From contig JAUCBJ010007517.1 in NCBI GenBank assembly GCA_032718475.1, positions 8,679 through 72,678 of the forward strand: a DNA stretch of 64,000 nucleotides, read 5' to 3'. The first letter of the stretch is position 1, and each line of letters begins with the position of its first letter. Origin of the DNA: Nemertoderma westbladi (taxonomy: Eukaryota > Animalia > Xenacoelomorpha). Below the pieces are notes generated by a model that did not search any database, was not told the DNA's origin, and saw only the letters and a program-made list of their open reading frames with translations. The position numbers and the translations under genes were made by a program. This document shows positions 25,726-40,115 of this stretch, piece after piece.

Positions 25726-26727
25726 TTAGTCTTTCTTACGCGGACGGCGTTTACGCAGTTTTTTAAAGCTAGCCAGAGTCCTTTTCTCTTTGGGGCGAGC
25801 CACTTTACAAGGAGGGCTATAACTCCTGGGTGAAGGGTGCAATATAATTGCATCAGAGGGTGTAGGATTATGGTCGGTGTATCCGCCAGTCGAAGTGCCG
25901 GGTTGATTGACATCAACGTCGGGGGAGAGGGGTCTAACGGCTTTAAGAGCTCGTTTTAAGACAGCCGCTCTTACGGGTCCTTTACGAGTGGTCTGAACGA
26001 GAGCCGTGGGTGGACCATAGGCAGTTAGAAACCTCCGGGGTTTAATGGTTCTTTCCAACTCGCGTTCGCGGGCTCGGTATTCGTAAGGCCGTCGATATAC
26101 TTCCTGTAACTCGGGGTGTGAGTTAACAAATAAGTCTCCATAGTCCGGGTCCTGACGGATATAATTGATTAAGCTATAGGAATGAAGGTCGCTAGGATTA
26201 ACACTCCTAAGAAATTTGCGTACGAACTTGGTTGAAATACATTCTCCGACGCGCTTCAGTAGTTCTTAACTCGATATGCGTGATTTCTGTTCGACAGAAG
26301 CGAATAGATAAGGATGGAACGCATAAACTCCTTCGTAAGCGCGTCCAGGATAATAACGATGGCGCGAATCACAATGTAAATCAGTGTTCGCTTCCCAAGC
26401 TCTGATGTAACGTAGTGTGATCATTTCATCTACGCTTTCCAAATCGTGATTAAAAAAGGACAATCGAAACTGGCGTGTCCCTTTAGTTGACAATGGTGAC
26501 ATTGAGTCATAAATTGAGGGCAAACCGCAAAAATGTGCAAGTTATTGAGTCTGCAATACGCGCAATAAATTTCCATCGCCGGTTGTTCGTGGAAATAGGA
26601 ACAGCGGACGTTTGTGTCCATGGGCGTAACATGGTCTCTCGATGCGCATAACCGACAACGTTGCCGAGAAACATAGTTGGCATGGCGATAATCGTACGCA
26701 GTGAGACACTGTGGACCTTGATACCAT
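25726..26727 (-). pseudogene. Family A accessory ORF4 (~333 aa, two premature TAA)
   Basis: Track ORFs 26542-26781, 26266-26523 and 25726-26058 lie in one frame split by single TAA codons; ATG at 26727; CQLC-x13-CYAH; basic C-terminus KKLRKRRPRKKD. Confidence 0.7.
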
Positions 26728-26728
26728 T

Positions 26729-27176
26729 CTAGGATGTAATCGTTGTCGCTGTTCCGGGCGCGATAGGCTGAATCTCCTCAAATTCTAGGCATATTGGTTC
26801 GTCTTCCCAGTCTGTTACGAATAGAATTTTCGTGATCTATTCTCGGTTTATCGTTACGACTCCGCTGGGTATGATATTTAAATAGAACCATTTCCCTTTC
26901 GGTGTCTACATCGTCCGTATCATGTAAATCGATAGGATGGCCGGTAGTTAGGAAGTCCATATACGTACCATTACGATGCGTATAGCGAGCGGTGAATTTT
27001 CGATAGTCCAATTCACGCGTAAGTTGCTCTTGGGACATCGGCGGTTCGATATAACGACCATCGTCCTCCGTAATGGTTGGATCGGCTTCACCGCGTATCA
27101 AGCTATCCACAAATGCTTGTAAAGGTAGAGTATATCGCTCCCTGATACCAAGATCATCTTCTATCAACTCCGTCAT
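26729..27176 (-). pseudogene. A2 accessory ORF3, internally deleted
   Basis: Matches A1 ORF3 until ...IRNRL (~26810), then joins a different-frame tail EDEPICLEFEEIQPIAPGTATTITS*. Confidence 0.75.
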
Positions 27177-28799
27177 ATCTGCTATCTGAGTTTATTAATA
27201 TTGTAATGAGTTTATGTTAAGGCGAGCGGGCGTCGCTGCCCACCTCTCTTTGCCCCCGGACAGTGGGATTCTCAGCGCCGATGTACCGTCGTCGCGGTGT
27301 TTACGCCAACATGTAGCAACAGCACGACAACGATAACCGGCACAAGTCACTCCACTGTCCGTCCCAAAGGCTTGAATCCACTTTAGGTTCTTTCTATAGG
27401 AGAGTTGGGCTACTTTCACAATTGCGACTAGCTACTGTAAACATACTTTAGCAGTAACATTCACCTATAAACGCACAAATTCCACACAACTGTCACCAAT
27501 TGTACACATACAGGCCATTTGTCCGTTAGTCAGTGCCTTCCAGAATGTCACGTTATTACTGTGTATCTTTGGATACTAACAGTGTGCTATGTATTCTCTA
27601 TGCTATGCAATGTGACAAGCTTTCTATTGTTCTTTTAACTTGCTTCTAATTCTAGCGTGGGTGTTGCTATGGTGACATTATGGAAAGCTAGCGGTAGAAT
27701 TAGGGTAATTCTCATGCATACAGATCTGGAATGCTATTTAATAGTAATTCTTTAATTGTCAATATCCTCTTTATACATGATTTTATTAATTTTATCGGCT
27801 ATTGACTATATGTTGGAGATTCTCGCACTCTAATACACTCAATAGGATGAATCTCCGCTCCCATGATCTATTAATTAATGGAATTTTGGGAATGTTATAA
27901 ATTGCACAAAATGACAATTTATGAAATTCATTTAAAAATATGAATTTAAATTTATTCCCGTGAATTTTATTATTTGATAGTACAATTGACACAATTTGAT
28001 TCCAGAGCAGGTCTGGGGACATAGGATCCTTAATTCTATGAAAATTGTCTTTTAAGAGTATTGGTAAGTGCTGCGATATCTTAATTGACTAGAAATTTTA
28101 AAGGATCTGAATTTTACAGATTTTAATAAATATTAAGTTAATATTTAAGATAGGCACCGATTTATTCCAGAACTTGTCTGGGGACTTTAACCACTGATTC
28201 TAGAATTTGTCTTTCAAGTATATCGGTGGGTGCCGCGATATCTTAATCGACTAGAATTACAGATGGTCAAAAGGTTTAACAGATTTATTTGCGTTTTACG
28301 CTACTGTTATAGGGACATCACGCTACTATATGTATTATTTAATATAAAGTAGAAGAGCAATATCGCACGAAGCAATGTCAGTGTGAAGAGGCAAGTCGTT
28401 TCCAAGGTCTACCCAGAGCTTGGTTTAGCCGAGACACGAGGATCTGAACTTTGCATTCCTAATACTCTGCCTACCAATAATACTTGAATATAGTAGTGGC
28501 TTTATTGTACTTTAATAAGTACGGACATTTCATCTTACTGTAGTCACGTATTTATAATATGATACGGACAGTAAGGAAAGAGAAAAAATTATTTCTCGCC
28601 GTCACACTAAATATATATTATATATATGTAATTACGTAATAAACACTAATATATTGCACTAACCTACTAAATATTCTAAAATAACATTCTACTAAATAAA
28701 ATTAAATAAAACGATTATAATAAAGTACATAATAATGTTCGCATATAAAATATAATAAAATAGATCAAATAATATAGTCATGCGCCCACTCCAGACGTA

Positions 28800-31700
28800 T
28801 CACGTTGGGGAGTCCCTAGATGTTTGAGGAATTAGGGAGGTGGTCGTGGGAAGAGTGTCTTGCCTTCCATAGTTTCCGGAGAGTTCTCTGTCTCTTTCCA
28901 GTAAACATAAACGACCAACTGGGCGGTTGAGTTGTTGCGTCTCAAAGATTATGCCTGGCTTCTTGAAGTTACGCCGCATGACGACGAGTTCTACCGAGCG
29001 TACTAAACCATCATTCGAGATGTGAGTCTCGATGATACGACCTGTCTGCCACCGTTTACGTGGGAGGTCTGGATCTACAATAAGCACCATATCTCCGGCG
29101 CTGACGTTTTCTTGCTGCGCAAACCACTTAGTTCGAAGTTGTAGCGTGGGCAGATAATGTTTCTCGAAATGGTCAGCGAAACGACGGGATAGCAACTGCA
29201 TAAGTTGCCAAGTTCGACGGCAGTATTCGTCTCCATCGGCAATCTCCGATCGTGGGAGCATGGCTACAGGTTTCTTCAGTAGGAAGTGCGCGGGTGTTAG
29301 CGCTTCCAGGGAATCGGGACTCGATGAGACTGGCATAAGCGGTCTCTCGTTGAGATAGGCAGCTATTTCCTCCATTAACGTCCGCAAAAGTTCGTCGGTG
29401 AGATACGCGCGGCATGGCACTATAAAGTGAAATGCGGTCTTAACACTTCTAATTAATCTCTCCCAACTTCCTCCCCACCAAGGGGCGTCGGCGGCGTTGA
29501 AGGTCCAGCTAGACGCTGTTATCCTTAGCTGATCGTCCACCTGTCTTTGGTTCCAGTCCTTCACGTAAGCCTGTATTTCGTTGTTGGCACCAATGAAGTT
29601 CGTTCCCTTATCCGATCTCATGGTATTACTCGTCCCGAAGCGAGCGATCTGTCGGCGTAAACTTAATACGAAGCTGTTGGTAGATAGATCGTTCACCATA
29701 TCGAGATGGATGGCTCTACAAGTCATGCATACGAAGATGACACACCATCTCTTGACTATAGTCCTAGCACGATATACTTCAATAGGGCCAAATAAATCTA
29801 CACCAGTATTAGTAAAAGGTGGTTCATAGAAGCTTACTCGTTCCCTAGGTAATTCTGCCTCTCGCGGTGTTAAAGGCCTACTGAATGCTTTCCTACAGGG
29901 TATGCAGTTCCTAAGAACTTGGTTCAGAGCTCTACGGGGTTTATAAAAATAATAGCGAGTTCGGATTTCGCTAAGAACTCGTTCTCTACCAGCATGATAA
30001 AGTTTGCTGTGAACATCTACAATCATCTTGATTTGTACTTCAAGATTTCTAATGAGTATGGGGAATTTAGTGTCAAAGGATAATGGCGCATTGGTGAGCC
30101 TTCCTCCAACACGTATTAACCCATCTATCATTGTGCTAGAGAAGCGATCCCGTAAGCGCATCTGTGGATTTCTCAACAACAGGAAATACTTATCGGTACT
30201 GTGGAGTTGCTGTGAAATACTGTGGAGTTGCTCCCCTGGAGGCGATATCGGCTGGATTAATCGTACCAGGGCAATGTCTCCATTGATCTATCTTTGTGCG
30301 ACTAAGAATAATAGCTACCCTGTTAGTAACAAAAACGCTGAACTGACAGACTTCATTGGTTATATACTCCAACACGAGTAAAGCGTCGGTCCAATAAACA
30401 GTTTTCTCCAGTGAATAGTCGATTTGTTCTGTTACGTTCCGGCCGATGGCTGTAGCGTATAAAGCAGCTTTTAACTCCGCTCGAGGAACCTTTAACTTGT
30501 TGTTAATCAATGCCTTAGAGGTAACCAAGGCGACTTTGATTCCATCAGGAGTTTCGACTCGCAGATATGCTACTATACCTATTCCCATGTCGCTGGCGTC
30601 TCCAAACACATGGAGTTGATAGGAATACGTAGGAAGAACATGACCAAAATATGCACGGGAAATTACAAAGCTCTCGATGGCAGGTAGAGAATCTTCCCAT
30701 TTCATCCATTTCTTTAACAGTTCTCCCTTAAGTGGATCGTCCAATGAGTGGTTTTCAAGCCACATTTGTTGTACTAAACTCCGAGCAATCAATATAACTG
30801 GGCTAATAAATCCCAATGGGTCGAAATAAGTGCTCAGGATACTTAAACAAATCCGTTTGGTCCGAACTGGATTATCTCGCTGTTTTAGCTGAAAAAACAG
30901 GATATCTCTTTCAGTGTCCCACTTCAGGCCAAGCGTCTTGGTTTCTGGAAGATCATCCTTTATTAAGTCTAGGTCTTTCGCTCCTCGGTCTTCTACCGGT
31001 ATCGCTTCCAGAAACTCACGGGAGTTGCTAGTGAATTTCGTCAGTCGAAATCCACCTCTTTTCAAACACTCTACTGTTCCTTTCGCGACATCAATGGCTT
31101 CTTCTACTGATGGAAGGGACCTTAAATTATCGTCCATGTATATATTACGCTTGATGTTGTCTATCACCTCTTTTGAGAAGGCGTCTCGGTTGTCATTCGC
31201 AGTGGTCCGCACCACGGAGCAGGCGTTGGAAGGGCTTGATATGATCCCAAAAGCCTGGATGGTCATCCAGTACTCTACCGGTTTCTGGTTGAGATCTCCT
31301 TCAGGCCACCACAGAAATCTCAGGCTGTCTCTATCTCTATCCAGCGCCTTGACTTGTAAGAACATTCCTTCTATATCGGAGGCGAACGCGATGGAATATT
31401 GTCTTAATCTTAAAAGTATTCCCAACAAGGATTGGAGTAAGTTGGGTCCTGGTAACAACTCGGAATTGAGGGATTGGCCCATATATAGAGCAGAGCCATC
31501 GAATACGACTCGTACTTCATGGGGTTTACCGGGTTTGGGAACGTAATGATGTGTTAAGTAATACGTTCTCTCAGTTACTGGTGTTCCTTCCGGTACTCGC
31601 TCCGCGTATCCCTTTGTAATAAATTTCTTCAACTGAGTTTGGTACATTTCTTTAGCTGAAGCGTTAGCCGTAAGGCGTCGATGTAATTGATCGATTCTTT

Positions 31701-34700
31701 TCTCTGCCAAGGGTCTGTTATTTATAAATCTAGGTTCTCGTTTTCGAAATGGTAGGCCGATTTCATATCTACCTTGGTCCTTTAAAAAACGTGTAGTTGT
31801 TTCCTGGATTTGCTTGGCTCTTTCTTCTTCTATCGATAGGGCCTTATCGTATGAATTGGGCTCTACTAGTTCTTGAGTAAAGAATCGTACGGCGAGTTCG
31901 TTCCGAGTTCTAGCGTTGTAGTGCTCTATCTCATCATTTAATTCGTCATTGTAATCAATGGGTCCCGATGGGCGAATCAGTTGACATAGGTTCACCTGGT
32001 TTTTCCAAGTTTTGTTTTCTGTAAGTAGGTCGATTGTGTTCTCTTCATCGAAGAGTTGGTAGATGTCGTCATTAAATCTGAGGAGTATGGTGTTCCCTCA
32101 GTTAGTTCTTCCACCTCACTGTTCTCCACTTCCCAATCGTTTACTTGATATATTCGTTCTTGTGGCATTCTCTCTTCGAGAGTTCTGCGGGAAGGGCCAG
32201 TAAAGTACCAACCTACTCTAGTTCTTACCGCATAGGTTTGCAGTGGCTGCGGTTGAGCAGGCCGTTTCTCCAATGTCTCGAGCACCTCATGCGCGTTTTG
32301 GCCGATGAGTATTTGCACTCCAGGATAATCTGTCTGGAATCGAGGTATCTTAAGATGTTGGATGCTCTCATCCTCGTCCCAATTATAAAGGTCTGCTTGG
32401 GTAGTAGCGAAGTTCTTTATAGCCACCATTTTTACCGACCTTATACCTTGTGCTCCTAATTTATCCTGGGGGGTGGATAACACACCTACATAGTAGTCTG
32501 CCGTTAGGGTAGATTTCCAAACCTGCATAATTCCTGACATATTCAATTTAGTCCGGAATTTGGGTTGTCCAGCAAAGATATCTTCGGCTAGTTCTTGATC
32601 GATGAATGTTCCTGTGCTGCCGGAGTCAAGGAGGGCGTTCACTATGTAACTTTTGTTAGGACCGTGAACTCTTACCTGCACTACAGGAAATTCTCTGATT
32701 CCTACGTTGGAAGTTGGAGCTTTCCAAGATGGTTGTCTGGCAAAAGTCGTTGGGGGGAACTCATTGTCGGTGTCCTTTTCATAAGTAAGTGCTCGATACA
32801 CCGCGGTATTGATTAGGTAACAGGATTCGTTGGCGTCGGAGAATTCGTCAGTATAGAATCCTTCCATCTCAGATTCTTGATCAGTGTCATTTACATCACT
32901 GAATTGGACATGTAGTTCGGGCTCACTTACCTGACTCGGGTCGTCTCGTTCGAACTCACTGTGTAACAAGATGTGATGTTTCGCGCCACACTTTGCACAC
33001 TTTACGTCGGAGTAACAGGTTCGCCGTTGGTGTCCTGATCTGAGGCAATTATAGCATAACCGCTTATCCCACATGACTGCACGTCTGTCTACAAGGCATT
33101 TCTTTAGAAATTCAGCACACGCACTCAAACGGTGGGTCCCGTCGCACAGCGCACAGTTAGGTTTTATGTTACTCACTTTACCTTGGGTAACTGGTTCAGT
33201 GTAACACACTGGTGTTACTCTTCTCCTAGAAGCGGGTTTCTCACTTACCTTATTTTCCGATGTTTTCTCTCTGGACTGCTTGATGAGTTGTAGTTTTACT
33301 TCACCATCTAAGAAGGACATGAGATCAGCCATGGTAGGGCTTCGTCGTTGTTGTTCATTCATATACAACACTTTCTTGTCCCAGCGTGTACATACAGTAC
33401 TCCACCCTTTGGTAAAGTAGAGACTACTGCTCCAATAACCATGGAACTCTGATATTCATGAGACTTACCTAACCAGTCCAATTGTCTACAGATCTCCTGA
33501 ATCTCATCGGAAAACTCTATAATCCCGCTACTAAGGAAGTTTCTGGGGGCTACTAATTTTGCATACAAATACTTAGCTATGTTATCCTTGTTACCATACC
33601 TGATGTTTAATGTATCCCAAACTTGTCTTAATCCTTCTGGATGTCCAATAAACTTTAACGCCATTAACTTGGGAGGTCCTTCCAAGCACTTGATGAGGAA
33701 TCTAAGTTTCTCTCCGTTAGATAGTACAGAGTTCTGTATGCTATCTTTGTAATATTCATTGAAAGGTAACCATTTCATCTCATCTCCATTGAATTTGACG
33801 ATCTCTCCCACTTTGACGGCTTGGCGGGCTTCTGTTCTAGCCATCTGACGCGTAAAGCTTTCTTGGGCCATCGTGTTATTTAATATCGAATTATCGGTAT
33901 ATGAATTTCTCGGATTATTATCAGGTCTATAGGGAATATCATTAACAACAGGTTTATAATCACCCTTAATAGGGTTTGCTATAGGAGTTTCAACTTCACT
34001 AGCAGTATAGATGCGTGTAGGCTCCACACCTTGCGCATGTAATACTTCAGACCTAACAGGTTGACACAATGTTACAGGGGGTATTGGTATACCCTTTTGT
34101 ATATTGACTAATTTGTCACGTTCTAGCGCGATGCTTTGCTGCACTTCTTGCAATTCTGCCCTACTTTCCCTTACTGTTCCCTTAAGTTGGTAGACAGTCT
34201 CCTGCATCTGTCCGAGCAGGAGATTCATCCCCCGCCGTCCCTCCTCTACCCACTCGACCGCCGAAGCGGGAGTCGCCAACATTGTAGCGGGCTGACGCGG
34301 GACGACGGGAGACAAATCTTTGATTTCTCTCTCAGCTTCCAGGACAGGGATATTCTCATGGACTGTTCTACCGGGTACAGGCAGTGTAGTACTGTGTAAA
34401 GGGAATTTAGAGTTAAGCTCTGGAAGTACAGGGGTCTCTAGCACAGGAGTGGCTTTGGGAACGACAGGCCTAATTATTTCAGGCTCATCAACTATTGTAG
34501 GGAGTCTTTTGACCTGAATAATTTGTTCTGTGGGTTCTGTACTACCTAACTCTGTGCTAGCTAGTTGTCTTCTAACCGCTGGGGGCAAATCAGGCAATTT
34601 GTGACGGTGAGATGTTTTTCTACGCCTGCTTAGACGAGATCTATTTCCTCCGCCTTCAGGATCGGTGGTCTCGCCTTCCTCTGATGATGTGTATCCTTGA

Positions 34701-36088
34701 CGCTTGGGAGTAGATCGACTCCTCATCTGCATTTGACTAGCAGTTAACTGTTTATTTATGCAATCTTGCGTCTCTTGAAGATTTTCCAACTCCAGTTGTG
34801 TGGTCTCTTCAGACGCCCTCTGTTCTGCTTCTGCCACTGCCTTTGCTGCTGCCACAGTCGCTTTTCTTTCCGCTTCTATTTCTGCCATTGCCGCTGTTAC
34901 TGCTGCTGCCTTTCGGTCCTCTATCCGTTTTTTCTTTACTTGTTCTTCTTGGACTCTAGCGAGGCGGAGTTTTTCATCAAATTTAGCTTGGTTCGCAGCT
35001 AACATTTCCGCATCGATTGAGTCCAACACAAGCTTGGTTCCTTCACTATTGGGGCGAAGTCCAGCCAGTCGTCTCCTCAACTCTTCATCACCCAAGAAGC
35101 GTTGATAGTCTGACAGATAGATGTCGATGGCGTCTCTCGTTCGCGGTCTCTCTGCTGTCCCTTCGCTTTCCTCTTGAGAAAGCGTGGCATCGGTTGGTTC
35201 TTCATAGGTTGGTCTCTCAGCCAGCTGGGATTTCCACTGGGCCGTTTCTTGTACTTTGAGACCTACCCGCTGGAACCAAGTCTTGACAGCAACCTGCAGC
35301 GACGTGTCCTGTCTTCTTTTGGAAGTTTCCTCAAAGGCTGATAGGATTAGTCTAATGCGTAGGGTTCTTTCGCGTACTTGATATAGCAGCTCTTCCTGCT
35401 CTTGAGGTCCTTGGGGTTGTCGAAACAGTTGTTCTTCTAATCGCTCTAAGGAGCCGAAGAATCCCTGCACATATCCTGCTGCTGACCTCTTCCAAACAGC
35501 TGGATCCATCGTATCTTTAGTCACTCCCATCCTGTGTATGTCTTCCCAAGTAGCTTCGGACAAATCTAACGGGAGTCCGGGTCCGGGAAAGTTCCATTGT
35601 GACTCGACAATAGACATCAATTCTTCCCTGGCGTATCCCGCATAACTATCTTGGGTCGCTCGCTTACTTCTCGCCCAATCGGCTTGATGTTCCTCCACCG
35701 CAATTAATATAGTAGTTAGCACTGCGGCAGGAAGGGTGAGAAGGGGATCCGAGTAGGCTGTAGCCGCCATCTGCACTCCGCGTTCGGGGGTCAGCTCTAC
35801 AGTATCCGAACTACTGGAGCTATCGGGTCGCTGGGAACGAGTTTCTTGACTAGGATGTTGCTGCTGTTGGACAGCTGCTTCTTGGTTCCGTTTGACCTGG
35901 GCCCGGGTGCCGATGATAGACCTACGGTGTTGGATTAGCCTAGGATCTGATACTACTACTGGAGGGATGACCTTTCTTTCAGTAGGAGGTGAGCTGAACC
36001 CCTTTCTTAATCGCTCCACACTCCTATCTGTGTCACAGATGGTTGTATCGATTAGACTGTCTGACAGGTTTTGCTGGGTGTCAGACAT
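28800..36088 (-). pseudogene. A2 gag-pol (frameshifts ~33395 and ~32073; deletions in gag and the RH-IN linker; integrase complete)
   Basis: ORFs 33359-36088, 31992-33371, 30190-31995 and 28800-30179 carry the same motifs as A1 plus the IN C-terminus (LNERPL, LTPAHFL, DGLVRSV). Confidence 0.92.
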
Positions 36089-36319
36089 GTTTAGTTATAC
36101 AGTTGAATGCTTACTGCTATAGTTACAGTTAAAGCAAGTCTAGTAATTCAGTATGACCGTTGGCCTAGTACCGGTAATTTATTGCAGTATATTAGAATAC
36201 CGGTATACACTTATAATATATATAAGTATTGTAAACTAGGTTTGTCACAGAGTACCGGTATATAATTTTAGCACAAATATATATAAATATATAATAGGCC
36301 TATCGTGAATACCGGTATA

Positions 36320-38332
36320 GGCTCATTCCAAAGTAAAGTACGGGACATTCGTACACAATTTTGAACTTTGATTGCCTGTACAATGTTATCCACAGCACAT
36401 ATGTGCACAAAATTGTGCTTGGATTAAACTTTCGAATATCAGCTTTGATTTCGCGAAGCTTATGGCAGGACTTAGTCACTTTTGAGAAAATGCCAGCTTG
36501 TCCAATTAAGGTAAAGTACGGATTCGTACGAAATGGTATTTTTTAATTTATGATTTCAATTCTAAAATTTAGCGAATTGTTCGCAGGTACGGTGTTGAGT
36601 TGATGTTTAGGATAAAGCTGTATTATTAAGCTTAAATAAAAATATAAATATAAGACGAATTGCTGCATTGCTAATTTTTTACAGTGTGGTTTGTGTGGTA
36701 AAGTATGGGACATTGCTAAGTAAAGTACGGGACCTGTACGAATTTTATGGTCAAAATGGTCTCTTACACTTAAACTAACAGTAATTTCTGGATAATTAGT
36801 GATAATAATGTGCAACTAAGTATTTCCAACCAAGATATGGATACAAAATGTGGGGCGGCCCACAAATTGACCTGAAGTCTTAGCATATGGGTGCCCTTAG
36901 GAGTTGTATGTCATCTGTCTAATTTTTGATCGCTAATACTGTATATCTCGGTCATTTTTAGATGAAATCAAACCAAACCTGGTACGTATGAAGTCTGTCA
37001 AAAGTTTAGAAAGAATCTGAAGTTTAAGGAATCAAAGGTCACATATCAGACAGTCTGTCTGTTGGTACCGATAGTTTCAAAATTTTGATAAAAACCGAAA
37101 TAAGTCCGCCAATCATTGATGAAATATAACCAAACTTGGTACACATGTAGTCTGTAAAAAGTTTAGAATTTCTTTCCATTTTTCTGAAAATGTATCAATT
37201 ACTGTACTTACCGATCTTCTTATCTGCTAAAAAACTAAATTTTTTGAAATGTGTTGTAAAGTACGGGACTTTACATGCATAAACTCAAAGATTAGTTAAC
37301 TGAGGAATGATTCTTAGTTCAAATACATACTTCTATGCTTCCCCCTACTATCACCCTAAAGCATTATAACACTCCTGCCCTCCAGGTTTCATATATTACA
37401 TTAATACAGAGCACTAATGTAATCGCCAATATAATGGTAAAGTATGGGACAATTTTCAATTGGCCGTTATGATGTTTCTGAGGGAGTAGATTATGAAACT
37501 ACAGGTAATTGTTTCTTAAGATGACGCAACAAAAACGTGCTTTGCATTCCACTGGGTGATTGGGCTTAGTTAGACTACTTCTCTGTGTATAAATTAAAAA
37601 TTTCACTATTTTTTGGTAAAGTATGGGACTTTACATGCATAAACCCAAGGATTTCTTGACTGAGGAATGATTCTCAGTTCAAATATAGACTCCTATTCTT
37701 ACGGCCGACTATGACCTTAGAGTATTATAACACTCATGGCTTCACATATTACATTAATACAGTGCACTAATATAATCGCCATTTTGATGGTAAAGTATGG
37801 GACAATTTTCAATTGGCCGCCATGATATTTCTGAGGGAGTGAAGATGAAACGAATTGTTTTATACGATGACGCAACACAAACGTGCTTTGCATTCCACTG
37901 GGTGATTAGGCCGAGTTACATCTCTGTGAATAAACTAAAAATTTCACTATTTTAGGTAAAGTATGGGACATCACAAGATTAACTTTATCGATTTCATTAC
38001 AGAGGAATGAAACACTGGTGAAATTAAATGAAACCAAAAAAATTCGAAAAAGGGTTTGTTTTTGATTTGGTACATGCTCAGAAATGTTAATTTATTGGTC
38101 ATAGGAAGTGCCTACAGGAAACGAAACTTTTGCACACTTTTATTCACATTTTGTGCAGAGCAGGTGCATAATTTGTAATTCGACTATTTTTGATAAACCA
38201 CCTGTGTTGATACAATTTTTAGCACTGAATTCATGAAGTACGATAAATTTTGACCTAAAATAAGTATAAATTCAAAGCTACATCTCATTTTTAGAAATTA
38301 GTGGGGAGGTTGACCTTTTCATGGAATGAGCC
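36320..38332. mobile_element. Non-autonomous DNA transposon (2013 bp) in the A2 leader
   Basis: TIR GGCTCATTCCA / TGGAATGAGCC flanked by TATA on both sides; about 9 copies of GTAAAGTAYGGGAC; ~360-bp internal tandem duplication; absent from A1. Confidence 0.88.
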
Positions 38333-38981
38333 TATACAGCTTACACTTATAGTATATATAAGTAGAATTATGAACTAGAATTAATTGCAGAATACCGGTA
38401 TGATTTCAGCCCAAATTTATAGAAATAAATATAATAAGCCTATGGTAGATACCGGTATGTCAATTATTTTAGAATAATTGAATTTCTGAATTTTTTAGGG
38501 TTACTTGGTTACTTTAACTTACTTTATTACCGTTATTTAAGCAGTAGTCCAACTGATATTGAGACCTAGTTGTTGTATGGCAGGCCTACTATTTATAAAT
38601 CGTTTGAGTTGATTTATAATATTTATATACCCGTTTAAAAAGGGTTTTGTCAATATTTGAAATAAATGTTATTATTTCTGGGGGAGTCACTACACAGAAG
38701 CTGTACGCTCTCAGTGAAGCGCTACTTATGGGACACTAATACAGATAATTCTAATTTACCTAAGTTACTTAATACTACAAATTACTTACGATACGGGTGA
38801 GATTAATTCTCTAATTAAACACAACAAAAATATTACGTACGAAATTTTAGGGTAATTTTACAGGAAGTCTACAAACCAGCCTAACAAAGGGTTAGAATTC
38901 TGGTTATTACAACGGACAGGGTACTACGGTATTTGAAAATAATAAGTAGTAGTAAATATATGGCGCTGTCCAGATAGGAAA

Positions 38982-39519
38982 TGTGACGGGATCATCCGGA
39001 GATGAACCCGATTTATCCTGTTTTAGTTCACGCGTCCCCGCCGTGTGAAAGAGTGTAAGTTGAGGTTACTGTTGTTCGTTATATTGTGATCTTGAGACGT
39101 GATATAGATATAGATATAGATTGATGTTATACACTGACGTTCACAGGTTGACGGGATGACGGTAACTAAAATCCCGGTACTTCCCTAATTGTAACTTACT
39201 GTACCACCAGTAACACTGAGATAACTGAGGTAATATGATTACTGCTTACTGGTTATATCGCACGGTGGCCTTATTGCTACTCAATCGGTGCCAGCCCCCC
39301 TCTGATTGGTTGCTACCCTTGTTGGCGCCCTTTGAGGTGTTCCCGTTCACCCCAGCTATTCTCTCCCTTGTCAGGATACTAACCCCTGACCCTTATTGTG
39401 TGCTTCTCCTTCCCATTCTGTTGGGGAGACACGAGTTGGTTTGGGACCTAATCTCGTGTCCCCCAATATTGCTTATTGGCTTAACTTTGTGGAGTATTGG
39501 CGGGATTGATTCGCTAACA
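38982..39519 (-). repeat. Element B 3' LTR
   Basis: No differences from 46641-47178 seen by eye. Confidence 0.95.
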
Positions 39520-40115
39520 CTCCCCCCCATGCCATCTTCCCGGTGAAGATAGCATCAAACCATAAAGTGCGTTACAATCCCGCTGGATCCCGATCTAGCA
39601 TCGGGTGTGGGGTGGAAATCTTTTCTTTTGGAGTCGGCTTTCCAGGCCGCTCCCTATGGGTATGATGTCACTACCCTCTGGCGTCTCGTGTCGGGCCGAT
39701 CGTGCGCTTCTCTCACACAATTTTTGTTTCCCCAACACTCTCACCATTCTAACTTCGCTCTCTAACTCAACTCGCTCTCTCCCCACTCTTACACTCTCCC
39801 CACACCTGAATCGCACACTTAACTTCTCGCCAACAGCTCTTCTCACTATTTCCTCTCTAATCTAAGCCACTCTCTAAGGCCCTGACCTCTAATGCTACCC
39901 CTGTGCTATCATACTATCTACCTTATCTAACTTACTAACTCTAACTATCTAACTCTACTAACTACTAACTCTACTCTCTGCTAACTCTTACTACTTTTAG
40001 CTCTAACTAAAAGCCTCTAACTTTCTACTAACTCTAACTAGAACTCTCTAACTTTCTGCTAAGTCTACTAACTCTTTTCTAACTCTGACTAAAATCCTCC
40101 AACTAACTCTATCTC

